DNA of 64,000 nucleotides from Candidatus Levyibacteriota bacterium (GCA_963790825.1 CAWBPM010000002.1:167159-231158), one strand, 5' to 3'. Positions 1 through 10,753 are shown, counted from the first letter of the stretch. The notes: a model not told the origin generated them from the letters alone. Numbers and translations are program-made.

Positions 1-1122
1 ATCTTTTTTCTTTTTAGGTTTGTAATCAGGATTAAGTAACCAACCGAAGTTTTTGTAGGTTTGAATTATGGCTTTATCAACTATAGCTTTTTCTTCTGCA
101 TTTAATCCACCAATCATTAAGGAAATAATTTCAGTTAAGTCCTGAACGTGTTCTGACAATTCACTCTCTCCGTTTTTAAGATTAATTGATAAATCAAATG
201 GATTTATTTTTTCTTTGGATTTGGCAGAGAGTTTGATATACGTTCCGTTTACAGAATTAGTTAGTTGCTTATACTCTCTTTCCGGATCAATAACAATTAC
301 TTTTGTTTGTTGCATCAGTTGTCTTAAGATTTCAACTTTTGCCGTATAACTCTTGCCACTTCCTGATTGAGCGAAAACTATTGAGTTTGCATTGTTTAAA
401 GAAAACCTATCAACGATTACAAGTGAGTTGTTTGATTTATTTATTCCATACAAAATTCCTGATTCCTGAACAAGTTCCGATGATACAAAAGGAAAAGTAA
501 GAGCTGCCGATGAACTATCTAAATTTCTCTTTTGTGCAAGTTGATTCTCTCCCCTAGGGAGTACGGATTGTAACCCTTCGAGCTGTTGAAAACTTGCTGT
601 TTTAATATAGAAGAGACGAGTGGACATTACTGTTTCTAAAAGTGTTGTGATTTTATTTAAATCAACCAAAGAGTCAGCGGTAATGGTTGTATAAATAGAA
701 ACTTGAAATAGTTTTTCCTGCCCTCTTTGGATTTTGTCTTTAAGCGCCATTGCTGATTCTAAAGGGTCCGTTATTTCACTTCCGATTACTTTTCCTTGTT
801 TTAACATTGATCTTTTTGTTGACTCAAGTTCAGTAATTTTTCGGTTTAATTTGGGTAGTGCAGAGACGGGTTCGACCTGTTCGATGTGGTAGGAAATATC
901 AACATTATAGTTAAAATTAACGAGCATATTTAGCCAACCAGTAGAAGCTACGTAAGGATAACCGGATATAAAAAGTGTACGCACAAATTTATCTCCCATT
1001 TGTAAGTAATTTGGTGCTTCCTCAAGTCCGGAATAGGAAATCAAATCCACTTGGTCTTGTTCGCCAAAGTTAAATTGAAAGTTGTTATTTTTACTTTGTT
1101 TTTTATTTATTGTTTTAAACAT
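1..1122 (-). CDS. virB4: VirB4/TraC-like conjugation ATPase (partial; runs off the left edge)
   Basis: Manual translation from ATG at 1122 (MFKTINKKQ...) contains Walker A AQSGSGKS and VIVIDPEREY; overlaps the stop of the upstream ORF. Confidence 0.85.
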   Translation of the reverse strand, partial: MFKTINKKQSKNNNFQFNFGEQDQVDLISYSGLEEAPNYLQMGDKFVRTLFISGYPYVASTGWLNMLVNFNYNVDISYHIEQVEPVSALPKLNRKITELESTKRSMLKQGKVIGSEITDPLESAMALKDKIQRGQEKLFQVSIYTTITADSLVDLNKITTLLETVMSTRLFYIKTASFQQLEGLQSVLPRGENQLAQKRNLDSSSAALTFPFVSSELVQESGILYGINKSNNSLVIVDRFSLNNANSIVFAQSGSGKSYTAKVEILRQLMQQTKVIVIDPEREYKQLTNSVNGTYIKLSAKSKEKINPFDLSINLKNGESELSEHVQDLTEIISLMIGGLNAEEKAIVDKAIIQTYKNFGWLLNPDYKPKKKKD

Positions 1123-1732
1123 AAGCTTCTTTCATTAATTTAAAAGTCTCTGATTTTAATTCCTGTGTTTTAGTTTGAGATGAATTATAAAAGCCGTAAA
1201 ATAAATCAAGTATTTCTAAAGAATTAAGAAGACATGCTTTCATTCCTAATTTTTCTAAGCCTCTTAAAATAATGTCTCTTTGTAAGTGCATCTGTTCTTT
1301 AATAATTTCAAAGTCATTAGTTTTATCTATGGGTGTATATGGAATAACAACATAAAATCTTCTTGCCAAAATCTTGTTTCCGATAACTAACTTTTGAATA
1401 AATTCCTGATAGTTATCAATTTGATTTTTATATACTTTTTCTCTTTCTCGTGTTTTACTTTCTCCGACTCTTTCTAAATAATTATCAATGTCTACTTCCC
1501 TTATTCTTATTAAAATCTGTAAAGAACTTGGTAATGAATTTAAAAAGTTTTGAAAGTTATCGATTAAAACATCCTGCTCTTCCTCACTCTTTAATTCAAA
1601 GTTAATACTTGATGTTTCAATCACCATTCTAAATTGGTTATCGGGAAGAATTAAAATATTGTCTTTAACTTCCTTAATTTGTATCTGTCTTCGGGATGAG
1701 ATTTTACTGTTCGATTTTGTTAGCAACCACAT
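1115..1732 (-). CDS. TraC/VirB4 N-terminal-like T4SS protein
   Basis: SINFELKSEEEQ...FLNSL...QIL and RRFYVVIPY motifs; lies between prgI and virB4. Confidence 0.7.
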   Translation of the reverse strand: MWLLTKSNSKISSRRQIQIKEVKDNILILPDNQFRMVIETSSINFELKSEEEQDVLIDNFQNFLNSLPSSLQILIRIREVDIDNYLERVGESKTREREKVYKNQIDNYQEFIQKLVIGNKILARRFYVVIPYTPIDKTNDFEIIKEQMHLQRDIILRGLEKLGMKACLLNSLEILDLFYGFYNSSQTKTQELKSETFKLMKEAYV

Positions 1733-2222
1733 ATAACCCTCCCTTCTTTGTCGGTTTTACACTTAAACTGTAATTTGGATTTTTAATAAAGTTTTTAATC
1801 CTTATTGAATCCTGTATGTCGGGAAGCTTTGCTTTTAGTTTTGCCTCATTTGTGAGAATTGCTTTTTCTAAAAGCTTTGCATGATTCTTATGAGTTTTTG
1901 GTAGAACAATATCTCTTAGAAATATATCGTTTTTATTAAAGACATAGTATTTTGCTCTTACGTTATATGTAAATAAAATTACTAGCCAACTTAAAACAAC
2001 CTTACCTTTAATCCTTAAGGAAAGAATCAAGGAGATTAGAAGAACTATTAAAACCAATGCAATCTTATATACCTCAATATGCATTCTCGGGGGTAGAACG
2101 GCATAGGCAATGGTAGTAAAAATAACGGGAACCATAAGAAGCATTACCTGAGTCATATTTAAGCTTCCTGCGATCTTATCCTCAACTGTTGTTATCTGAG
2201 CCGGAATAACTGTTGTTCTCAT
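1704..2222 (-). CDS. prgI: PrgI-family (VirB3-like) membrane protein
   Basis: N-terminal IPAQITTVEDKIAGSLNMTQ and two TM helices; T4SS operon context. Confidence 0.7.
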   Translation of the reverse strand: MRTTVIPAQITTVEDKIAGSLNMTQVMLLMVPVIFTTIAYAVLPPRMHIEVYKIALVLIVLLISLILSLRIKGKVVLSWLVILFTYNVRAKYYVFNKNDIFLRDIVLPKTHKNHAKLLEKAILTNEAKLKAKLPDIQDSIRIKNFIKNPNYSLSVKPTKKGGLYVVANKIEQ

Positions 2223-3508
2223 GCTCTTACCACCCTTCTGGGAGTTTTGACAGAACTTTTTGAAGCAGCTGCTGCTCCGCCTGTTGAACCATCTGTTGAA
2301 ATAACATTTATGATCTGCCCTCCTAATTTTCTAACTGCGTTATTTCCCGTTGTATACATAATCATCTGCATCATTAAAGACGGAGTCTTAAGTAAGGTAA
2401 AGAAAAGTCCGATTGCTATAGCAATCGATAAAATTGAGTTATTAGTGTTTTCAGGTAGAGTTAAGAATGAAGCAGCTAACTGAATAACTACTACGTGGAT
2501 AAAGACTATAAAAACTGTAACCACATATGATTTAACCGCTATCTCAGCAAAGTCTGAGAATCTTGGAATTATCCAAAGTAGAAAGATAAACGGTGAAAGT
2601 ACGGCAAAAAGTGAAATCATAATCAGTCTTGAGATGTACATTAATAAAAGGACTATTGCGATAATGAGAAAAAGAAGCAGAAAAATAAGTGTAATTATGG
2701 GTACGTTATTACCCACTACGTTTTGCAGGGTTATAGCATTAACTATCCAAGCATGATTTAATCCTCCGGTTGAATCCAGTATCGCTTTAACTAATGCGTT
2801 GCAAGTTACAATTGTGTAGTCAGCTAAGAAAAGTGAAACGTTTGCTCCTAAAAATGCCAGTCCTATCTTGGGCAAGAGTTGTTTTAGTTCTATTTCATCA
2901 AAACCTAAGGTAGAGGCACTCATAAAGTGAAGTCCTAGTAATGCTACAACTACGACAAAAAGTGAATCAACAATACCCAAAATTACCAGCCAGAATTTAA
3001 GGATGACTGAGTTATTCAAAAGCGTGGGAGTAGTTGTTAAAAAACCCATAATCCCGTCAACAATCGGTTTGGTAGCGCTTTCGACTATATTTTGAAGAAA
3101 AGAAGAGACTGCATCTATCAGAACTTGGGTTAATCCGTCAGCGGGTTTTACTGAAGTAATGGGAGCAATATTTATGGCACTAGTCGTTGTAGAGCCAGTT
3201 GAGCTATTGAAAGCATTACTTAGAATGGAAACAAAAAGCGATGCTCCTAGGACTATTACAAGACCAATAAGGGCATTTCTGATAGTCTTCTTGGCATTTT
3301 CTAAGGAATCAGGTTTTCCGCTTGACGTTATATACTGATAGCCTCCCTTGACTAAAAAAAAGACCGCCGAAGCGGTCGCAATCAAGGTAATCATACCTAA
3401 GGTATTACTCGTATACTGCGTGATATCCGAAGACACCGCATATGCCGGAGTTACGGCAATCAGTGAGTATGGCAGTAATAAGCCAATTATACTTAGTAAC
3501 TTTTTCAT
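2219..3508 (-). CDS. VirB6/TrbL-like polytopic membrane protein with an N-terminal pilin-like domain
   Basis: N-terminal GGYQYITSSGKPDSLENAKKTI pilin-like segment, then multiple TM helices. Confidence 0.7.
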   Translation of the reverse strand: MKKLLSIIGLLLPYSLIAVTPAYAVSSDITQYTSNTLGMITLIATASAVFFLVKGGYQYITSSGKPDSLENAKKTIRNALIGLVIVLGASLFVSILSNAFNSSTGSTTTSAINIAPITSVKPADGLTQVLIDAVSSFLQNIVESATKPIVDGIMGFLTTTPTLLNNSVILKFWLVILGIVDSLFVVVVALLGLHFMSASTLGFDEIELKQLLPKIGLAFLGANVSLFLADYTIVTCNALVKAILDSTGGLNHAWIVNAITLQNVVGNNVPIITLIFLLLFLIIAIVLLLMYISRLIMISLFAVLSPFIFLLWIIPRFSDFAEIAVKSYVVTVFIVFIHVVVIQLAASFLTLPENTNNSILSIAIAIGLFFTLLKTPSLMMQMIMYTTGNNAVRKLGGQIINVISTDGSTGGAAAASKSSVKTPRRVVRA

Positions 3509-3529
3509 AAGATTAAGAAATAGAACTTT

Positions 3530-3865
3530 TTAGTGTCCTGCTCCGAAAGCTGATGTTGCTAACTGCGTTACTATGCTGCTTAAGACAAACGCTCCTAAAA
3601 CTATTGCAAGCCCAATCCCTGAATACATAATTGTTTTTTTCGATTGATCCAATTTTTCAGGATTGCCACTGCTTGTTATATATCCGAATCCTCCCCAGAC
3701 GAAAAATCCAACAGATACAGCTCCTGCTAAAGTAATCATCACCTGAACGATACTTTCGATAAATGACTGTATTTGGGAAACTCCGCCGGTAGTTTGGGCA
3801 AATGCAGGAGAAGTCGCTATAAGCGAGGTTAAAAGAACCGCTGACAACATTATTGCTTTTTTCAT
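3530..3865 (-). CDS. VirB2/TrbC-like conjugative pilin
   Basis: Signal peptide (SPAFA) plus two TMs around GGFGYITSSGNPEKLDQSKKTI; AAAGGGGGTG RBS before ATG at 3865. Confidence 0.75.
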   Translation of the reverse strand: MKKAIMLSAVLLTSLIATSPAFAQTTGGVSQIQSFIESIVQVMITLAGAVSVGFFVWGGFGYITSSGNPEKLDQSKKTIMYSGIGLAIVLGAFVLSSIVTQLATSAFGAGH

Positions 3866-4037
3866 ACTCACACCCCCTTTCGTACAAAAAAACTGCCCCG
3901 TGAGGCAGTTGTCTACAAATACCAATTAATTGAGAACAATATACGAAAATAAGTCGAACATGTCAAGGGGAGAATTATGGGTTGTATAATGAAAGACTTT
4001 TAAATAATTTTCTAAAGTGATAGAATCAAATTAAATT

Positions 4038-5891
4038 ATGTCTGATGCATATCTTAATAAGTTAGAAATTGTATTAAGAAAAGATGAAAGACTTGTAGCT
4101 GAAAATGGTCGATTACTCAAGGTGAAAATCGCTGAGGTTGCACGAGCACTTGATCCAGAATTAATTAAATTACTCCTAAATGAAAAAGAATTAAAAAAGT
4201 TGTTTTTTACACAAGTTGACTCAGTATTAGTTTTTAATAAAGATAAGTTTGTAGCATTTGTAGAAAACGAGGCTTTTCTTCCGGACAGTTATACAGCTTA
4301 TAAAAATAAAATTGGACTTGCTACAGATAGGAATGATTTTATTTCTGATCGCAATGAAGTTGTCTTAAATTGGCCATATAAAGATTGCGTATTAGAAGGT
4401 GGTCAGGATAAGGAAGATCAAAAAAGGAATGAAATATTTTGGAATGATGTTCTAGGAGCAGATCAGCGAGATGTATTACTTGCTCCAAAAGTTCTTACAG
4501 GATTTAAGCGTTATGATAAAGATGGAGAACATAATATTACAGAAATTAAAGAAAATGAAAATTTAATTATTAAAGGCAACAATCTCCTTACACTCTTCAC
4601 TTTAAAGAAACGTTACTCAGGTAAAGTGAAGCTAATTTATATTGACCCACCATATAATACCGGCAACGATGGGTTCAACTACAATGACAATTTCAATCAT
4701 TCATCATGGCTAGTATTTATGAAAAATAGGCTAGAAATAGCTAAACAGTTATTAAGCGATGATGGGTTGATTTTTGTGCAGGCAGATTATAACGAAGCCC
4801 ATTATCTAAAAGTATTATTAGACGAAGTTTTTGGAAGAGATAAGTTTATTAATGAAATTATATGGAAAAGAAAATTTGGGACTGCGAATGAAACAAGAAG
4901 ATTCGCTACGGCATTTGATAACATATATTTATATTCTAAAACAAATAATTATAAAATCAATTTAATCAAAGAGAAATATTCGAAACATGTTCAAGAATAT
5001 ATTAAATCCCGATTTACCAGGAAAGATAAATCAGGTCCACATACTGGTCGTTTATGGATGCCGTATCCATTAGCAAACCCAGGAGCAGCAACTAAAAATC
5101 TTTCGTACGAATACAAAGGATATACCGCCCCGCCTAAGGGTTGGAGAATGACAAAAAATGCATTGGAAAAAATGGATAAGGAGGGAAGATTGTACTTCCC
5201 AGAAAACAAAAGTCAAAGAATGCAAGAAAAAAAGTTTTTAGATGAGTATGATGGGCAACCAGTAGATACACTATGGACAGATATTTATGTAATCAATTCA
5301 CAATCTGGCGAAGCGTTAGACTTTGATGGGCAAAAACCAGAAGATCTGCTGAGAAGAATAATATTGATTGGGACAGATCCTGGAGAAATAGTCTTAGATT
5401 TTTTTATTGGCTCTGGTACGACTTGTGCCGTTGCTCATAAGATGGGTAGACAATACATAGGAGTAGAACAACTCTATTATGGTGAGACAGATAGTCTTGA
5501 GCGTTTGCAAAAAGTTATCAAGGGAGACCAGTCCGGAATTTCAAAGATAGTTGGATGGAAGGGGGGAGGTAGCTTTGTGTCTGCTCATTTAAAAAATGAT
5601 GTTAATGTATTTATTGAAGAAGTTAATAACGCAAAAACAAACAAAGAGCTATTGGACTTATTGCATACAGTTAAAACATCAAATTTTTTAAGTTACCGCG
5701 TGGATTTAGAAAAATTACATGAAGATGAGTTTGAGAAACTTCCCGAAGAACAAAAAAAAAGACTACTAATTGAATTAGTGGATAAAAATAAATTGTATGT
5801 TAACTATCACGATATAGACGACGAAAATTATAAAATAGATACAAATACTAAGAAGCTGAACCACTGGCTGCAAACCAGAAATAGAGAATGA
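4038..5891 (+). CDS. mod: Type III R-M adenine DNA methyltransferase
   Basis: IYIDPPYN (motif IV) precedes DFFIGSGTT (motif I), the beta-class order; ATGA overlap with res. Confidence 0.9.
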   Translation: MSDAYLNKLEIVLRKDERLVAENGRLLKVKIAEVARALDPELIKLLLNEKELKKLFFTQVDSVLVFNKDKFVAFVENEAFLPDSYTAYKNKIGLATDRNDFISDRNEVVLNWPYKDCVLEGGQDKEDQKRNEIFWNDVLGADQRDVLLAPKVLTGFKRYDKDGEHNITEIKENENLIIKGNNLLTLFTLKKRYSGKVKLIYIDPPYNTGNDGFNYNDNFNHSSWLVFMKNRLEIAKQLLSDDGLIFVQADYNEAHYLKVLLDEVFGRDKFINEIIWKRKFGTANETRRFATAFDNIYLYSKTNNYKINLIKEKYSKHVQEYIKSRFTRKDKSGPHTGRLWMPYPLANPGAATKNLSYEYKGYTAPPKGWRMTKNALEKMDKEGRLYFPENKSQRMQEKKFLDEYDGQPVDTLWTDIYVINSQSGEALDFDGQKPEDLLRRIILIGTDPGEIVLDFFIGSGTTCAVAHKMGRQYIGVEQLYYGETDSLERLQKVIKGDQSGISKIVGWKGGGSFVSAHLKNDVNVFIEEVNNAKTNKELLDLLHTVKTSNFLSYRVDLEKLHEDEFEKLPEEQKKRLLIELVDKNKLYVNYHDIDDENYKIDTNTKKLNHWLQTRNRE

Positions 5892-8509
5892 ATGTAGACC
5901 CACTTTATAAACAATTTGATAGTGCTAAAGCTGGCGGTTTTGTAAGTTTTGATAAACCTATATCAGATCATATCGTAAAAAACATTAACCAACGTATTGA
6001 GCTCCGTCCCTATCAGAAAGAAGCGATTAATCGTTATTTGTATTACCTAGACAGTTATCAGAATCGTGTTCTTTATAACAGAAATTTACTCTTTAACATG
6101 GCTACGGGATCTGGTAAGACTCTTATTATGGCAGCATTAATACTAGATCTTTATAAGAGAGGATATAACAAGTTTGTTTTTTTTGTTAATAGAGATAATA
6201 TAATACAAAAAACTATAGAGAATTTTATTAATCCAGAATCAAATAAATATTTATTTGCAGATGTAATTAATATAAATGGTTATCAACCAATAATACGTAC
6301 AGCAAGTACACTAAATATTGATGACAAGTTAGATATTTATATACACTTCACAACCATACAAAAGCTTCATGGAGATTTGTTAACCCCAAAGGAAAATAGC
6401 CTAACACTCGAAGATATTATTGATGAAAAAATAGTTTTGCTTTCAGATGAAGCCCACCATATAAACTCTTGGACATTGAACGGAAATCTAAGCAAAGAAG
6501 AGTCGCTTGAAAAAAATACATGGGAACATAGTGTTTCTAAAATTTTTCATCACAATCCTCTTAATATGTTACTTGAATTCACCGCAACAATTGACGAAAA
6601 TAACCCTTTAATCTTGGATAAATATCACGATTTACTTTTATTTAAATATGATTTGAAACAATTCAGAAATGATAAATACTCTAAGGAAATTATTCTTTAT
6701 ACAGTGGACGACGATATAAAACAACGAATGCTACAAGCAATACTAATTAGTCAATATCGTCGTAAGATTGCCGAAAAGCATGGAAAATTTTTAAAGCCGG
6801 TCATTTTATTCAAATCTAAACTTATCGCTGATTCTAAAATAAATCGAGACATGTTTGTAGAAATGATTAAGCACTTAAAAATTCAAGACGTTAGTAAAGC
6901 AATTTTAACTGATACTCCAGCGATAAAAAAATTAGCATTATATCTGAGCGAAAATAATATCTCATTAGAAAACTTTATCGATGAACTTAAGATAGAGTTT
7001 TCAGAAGAACGCATAGCAGATGTGAATGATGAAAAAGAAATACAAAATCTTCAGATAGGTCTAAACAGCTTGGAAGATGAGGATAATCAGTTAAGAGTAA
7101 TATTTGCGGTAGAAAAATTGAATGAAGGTTGGGATGTGCTAAATTTATTCGACATAGTACGTCTTTATGAAACTCGTGATGGACAGTATGGTCGAGGCGG
7201 AGAATACAAGCCAGGTAAAACAACAATTAGTGAAGCGCAATTAATTGGGCGAGGTGCAAGATATTGGCCATTTACACTTAGTAGTGGTCAAATAAAAGAT
7301 CAGCGAAAGTACGATAAAGATTTAGATAATGAACTGCGCATGCTTGAGGAGCTGTATTATCACTCGAAACGAGACACGGATTATTTAATAGAGATTAGAG
7401 CAGCCCTAACCAAAGAGGGTTTAATGGATGCAAGGGATCCAAAAACTGTTACCTTAAAACTAAAAGAATCATTTAAAAAAACAACCACTTATCAGAAGGG
7501 AGTAGTTTATGTAAATGAATTAATAGATAATCTAAATGAAGACAAAAAAAGTATATCTGATTACCTATCTCAAAGTTTACAGTTTAATGTAAAACTTGCA
7601 ACACATATAGCAACTACTGGTATAGCTTTCGAAGAAGTAAATCTTGCTACCGACTTAGATTTAAGATCTAAGCTTATAAAAGTAGCAGATATCCCCCGCC
7701 ATGTAATACAGAAAGCATTAGATAAAAACTATAAATTTTATGGGTTTAATAATCTTAAGCATTACTTACCACATTTAAAAACAAAGGATGATTTTATAAT
7801 CATGCTTTCAAATATTTCTATAAAAATAACAGGTATAAAAGAGTATATTGAAAAACCAAATAACGAAACCTATTTGATGATAATTGAGCAAGTATTAAAT
7901 GACATTAGCAGTAATATCGAAACTTCTGTTTCGCCAAAAATTGGGTCAAAACAATTTATTCCTGTATTGTTAAAAGATATTTTTAAGTCCGAGAAAAAAA
8001 TAATTGTTGAGAACACATTGGGTAGTTTAGGGTTTCCTATGAGCGAAGAACGTGAAATTTTAAGGCTAGATTTATCAACTAAAGAATGGTATGCCTACGA
8101 AGAAGATTATGGTACAAGTGAGGAAAAGAATCTAATACAATATATAAATAATCGTGTCGATGAGCTACATGAACGTTGGTCCGAATTATTTTTAGTTCGA
8201 AACGAAAAAGATCTGAAGTTATTTAGTTTTAAAGACGGTTCTTTATTCATGCCAGATTATTTACTACTACTAAGAGCGACTGATGGGCAAGTTGATTCAT
8301 TTCAAGTGTTTATTGAATCAAAAGGGGAACATCTCGAGTTAGGTGAACAATGGAAAGAGGATTTTCTATTGCAATTAGAAACAATGTCTCAACCTATTGA
8401 TGAATTAGGAAGCAAGGCCGAAGGCATTAGAATTATTGGTATGCCCTTTTATCGTGAAGATAAAGAAGCTGAATTTAATGATGTATTCGACGAAAAGTTA
8501 AAATTATAA
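5888..8509 (+). CDS. res: Type III restriction endonuclease subunit (SF2 helicase plus nuclease)
   Basis: MATGSGKT, DEAHH, FTAT, EGWDV, QLIGRGAR and a C-terminal PDY...IESKG nuclease motif. Confidence 0.9.
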   Translation: MNVDPLYKQFDSAKAGGFVSFDKPISDHIVKNINQRIELRPYQKEAINRYLYYLDSYQNRVLYNRNLLFNMATGSGKTLIMAALILDLYKRGYNKFVFFVNRDNIIQKTIENFINPESNKYLFADVININGYQPIIRTASTLNIDDKLDIYIHFTTIQKLHGDLLTPKENSLTLEDIIDEKIVLLSDEAHHINSWTLNGNLSKEESLEKNTWEHSVSKIFHHNPLNMLLEFTATIDENNPLILDKYHDLLLFKYDLKQFRNDKYSKEIILYTVDDDIKQRMLQAILISQYRRKIAEKHGKFLKPVILFKSKLIADSKINRDMFVEMIKHLKIQDVSKAILTDTPAIKKLALYLSENNISLENFIDELKIEFSEERIADVNDEKEIQNLQIGLNSLEDEDNQLRVIFAVEKLNEGWDVLNLFDIVRLYETRDGQYGRGGEYKPGKTTISEAQLIGRGARYWPFTLSSGQIKDQRKYDKDLDNELRMLEELYYHSKRDTDYLIEIRAALTKEGLMDARDPKTVTLKLKESFKKTTTYQKGVVYVNELIDNLNEDKKSISDYLSQSLQFNVKLATHIATTGIAFEEVNLATDLDLRSKLIKVADIPRHVIQKALDKNYKFYGFNNLKHYLPHLKTKDDFIIMLSNISIKITGIKEYIEKPNNETYLMIIEQVLNDISSNIETSVSPKIGSKQFIPVLLKDIFKSEKKIIVENTLGSLGFPMSEEREILRLDLSTKEWYAYEEDYGTSEEKNLIQYINNRVDELHERWSELFLVRNEKDLKLFSFKDGSLFMPDYLLLLRATDGQVDSFQVFIESKGEHLELGEQWKEDFLLQLETMSQPIDELGSKAEGIRIIGMPFYREDKEAEFNDVFDEKLKL

Positions 8510-8529
8510 ATTTGACTTCTTAGCCACAA
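8509..8529 (+). repeat. 21-bp direct repeat, copy 1 (AATTTGACTTCTTAGCCACAA)
   Basis: Identical to 13913-13933; begins at the res stop codon. Confidence 0.9.
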
Positions 8530-8550
8530 AATAGTATTTTGTATTATGTT

Positions 8551-8736
8551 ATGAGAAAGCTTTCAACAAATGATTTAAATAAATTAGTTAATGTTAAAAA
8601 AAGGCTTGAGCAGAAATCTGCTAATAATAAACATATCCATAAATTGAGAGAAGTGTTAATTCCTCCACATCCGGGTTTTGGGATATTTAATACAAAAACG
8701 ATTGAAGTATGCTTTGAATGTGGCTTTATAAAATGA
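8551..8736 (+). CDS. Small hypothetical protein with C-terminal CxxC
   Basis: ORF directly after repeat copy 1; HIH...CFECG may bind metal. Confidence 0.4.
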   Translation: MRKLSTNDLNKLVNVKKRLEQKSANNKHIHKLREVLIPPHPGFGIFNTKTIEVCFECGFIK

Positions 8737-8863
8737 ACGCGTCCTCTAAATGAGAATTGTTACAAATATATTCAATGTCAAAGAAAAATTAAACCCATTT
8801 TAATAAAACAAAATTTGATTTCCTTGTCATTGAAGGGAATCTTTTTCAGATTAAAATAATTTT

Positions 8864-10567
8864 CTAATCTAATTTATATTTAAAGGTTTTATTAGATTTT
8901 AAATTTAGTCTGTTTTTAATAACTTGTATATTTTTATTTAAGTTGTCTCTAGTTTCTTGATCTATTCCATTCCAAAACTCTTCGTATCTTTCCGAGAAGA
9001 ATAAGGATGTTAACGCTCTTTTAACATCCTGCGTTTCCATTAATTTACACAAACGATCTTTATCGATCGCAGAAAAAATCTTTTCTAATTTTATCTCCTG
9101 AGATTTTTTATCTAGATACTTTTTCCAATTCTTGCTTTCTTCGTCTCCAAAAAATTTCTTGTATTTTACTACGGCTTGTTCACCAGCCTCATCGCCGTCA
9201 AAAAAGGCTAGGTATTTTTTGGACGCACCAATAGCTATGCTTATTAAATATTCATTTTGTCCTGCCCCAAATCCTGGCAATATAACAATATTTTTAGTTA
9301 ACATACGCCAAAAATAGAAATCTGTTATTCCTTCAGTAACCATTACTTTTTGCTTCAATACGCTTCCAATCGGAATTTTCATTCTTAAAGCATTATAAAG
9401 AGTAGATAAAGCACCCATATGTTTTTTTTCTCCAGCCTGAGCAAGAGGTATAAATCGAATTTCCCTATCATTCTTTTCAACAATTTTTATATTATTTATA
9501 TTTATTATTTCTGGATCCAACAGAAATTCTGAATGAGTGGAGTAGATAACCGAATGAGTTTTTGCTAAATCACTGACAGCCTTTAAAAGTACGCTTTGCG
9601 CGCCGTTATGCAAATAAGAACCTGGTTCATCAAATAGATAGATAAATTTTTCCTCCCCCCGTGCTCCAAAACATTTCTTAGCGCTGAAATTAAAAAACCA
9701 TCTAAAGCCTAAGCTTCTTTCTCCTAGAAGCATGGATGTTTTATGTTCTTTTTTACTTTCATCCATGAACTTTTCAACAATGTTAATATCTATTGCATGA
9801 TTATTTTGTCTATTTTGTTGAAGATTTATTTCTAAGTCCGCTACTGAAGATAATTCTAGGTCATCTGCTTTAAAATGCATCTTTTTCCAATCATCTATTA
9901 ACTTTGCTGTGATATTTCTATTTACTTCTGAAATAATAGTATCTTTTGTATTCTCATCAGTTTCGTCGAGAAACTTTTTCAAATCGTGACTAGAATCAGT
10001 AAACATACCCTCAACAATCACCTGGTGTTCGTTAAGTTGAAAATTAGGATCGCTAAAATATTCTGGAGGAAAATCTACTAGATTGGGAAATTGGTTTTCC
10101 AGAAAATTGTCGAAATAAAATATTTTAGGAAGTTTTGCAATTATTTCTTTAGCAATGCGCTCTACAAGATCGCTTTCTTGATCTGCAATTCTATATCTTC
10201 TTAATGCGGGATTGGAGTCCTTTCTGAATATTCTTTTAATAATTAGGTCTGTAGTCAAAAGACTAGATATCTGGCTTGTTTCTTCCTCAATCAAAGTATC
10301 TAAAAAAGGTTGAATTTCGGCTTGCGAAAAATCTATTTCAGCAGCGACAATGAATTCGTTTTCTGTGGGAAGATATCTGTTTACAAATTTCCATTCTCTC
10401 TGATCCGCGATTGGATCGTTTCTATAGTCAAAATGAGCAATTGCTTCCAGTCCAGAGCTCTTCCCAGATTCGTTTACTCCAATAATAGGCATTGGTTCTT
10501 TTAGAACAGCAATGGACGAATCTTTTATCGCTTTGTATTTCTCTATGTTAAAGCGCTTATAATTCAT
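8864..10567 (-). CDS. OLD-family ATP-dependent nuclease (ABC ATPase plus TOPRIM)
   Basis: Walker A GVNESGKS, Walker B FDEPG, H-loop STHS, TOPRIM EGITD and FDGD. Confidence 0.8.
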   Translation of the reverse strand: MNYKRFNIEKYKAIKDSSIAVLKEPMPIIGVNESGKSSGLEAIAHFDYRNDPIADQREWKFVNRYLPTENEFIVAAEIDFSQAEIQPFLDTLIEEETSQISSLLTTDLIIKRIFRKDSNPALRRYRIADQESDLVERIAKEIIAKLPKIFYFDNFLENQFPNLVDFPPEYFSDPNFQLNEHQVIVEGMFTDSSHDLKKFLDETDENTKDTIISEVNRNITAKLIDDWKKMHFKADDLELSSVADLEINLQQNRQNNHAIDINIVEKFMDESKKEHKTSMLLGERSLGFRWFFNFSAKKCFGARGEEKFIYLFDEPGSYLHNGAQSVLLKAVSDLAKTHSVIYSTHSEFLLDPEIININNIKIVEKNDREIRFIPLAQAGEKKHMGALSTLYNALRMKIPIGSVLKQKVMVTEGITDFYFWRMLTKNIVILPGFGAGQNEYLISIAIGASKKYLAFFDGDEAGEQAVVKYKKFFGDEESKNWKKYLDKKSQEIKLEKIFSAIDKDRLCKLMETQDVKRALTSLFFSERYEEFWNGIDQETRDNLNKNIQVIKNRLNLKSNKTFKYKLD

Positions 10568-10669
10568 ACTTGTTTTGTGGTAATTATAGCTCTTCTATGT
10601 TACTTTATGCAAAACCTCCCTACTCATTCCTCCGCTTTTTTGTCCTTATTAAGTAAAAAGATAAAAATT

Positions 10670-10690
10670 AATTTGACTTCTTATAGCCAC
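10670..10690 (+). repeat. Direct repeat, copy 2 (AATTTGACTTCTTATAGCCAC; 2-nt insertion)
   Basis: Matches copies 1 and 3 apart from an inserted TA; lies between the OLD gene and the next operon. Confidence 0.85.
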
Positions 10691-10753
10691 CTTGTTTTGA
10701 ATATTGATTATTAATCCCCTAGTCGTATAATAAGTTTAATTAATAAAGGTTAT

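Noticed and set aside
4038-5891. Phase-variable simple sequence repeat in mod
   Set aside because: No tandem repeat tract was seen; the A9 run at about 5752 is unremarkable in AT-rich DNA.
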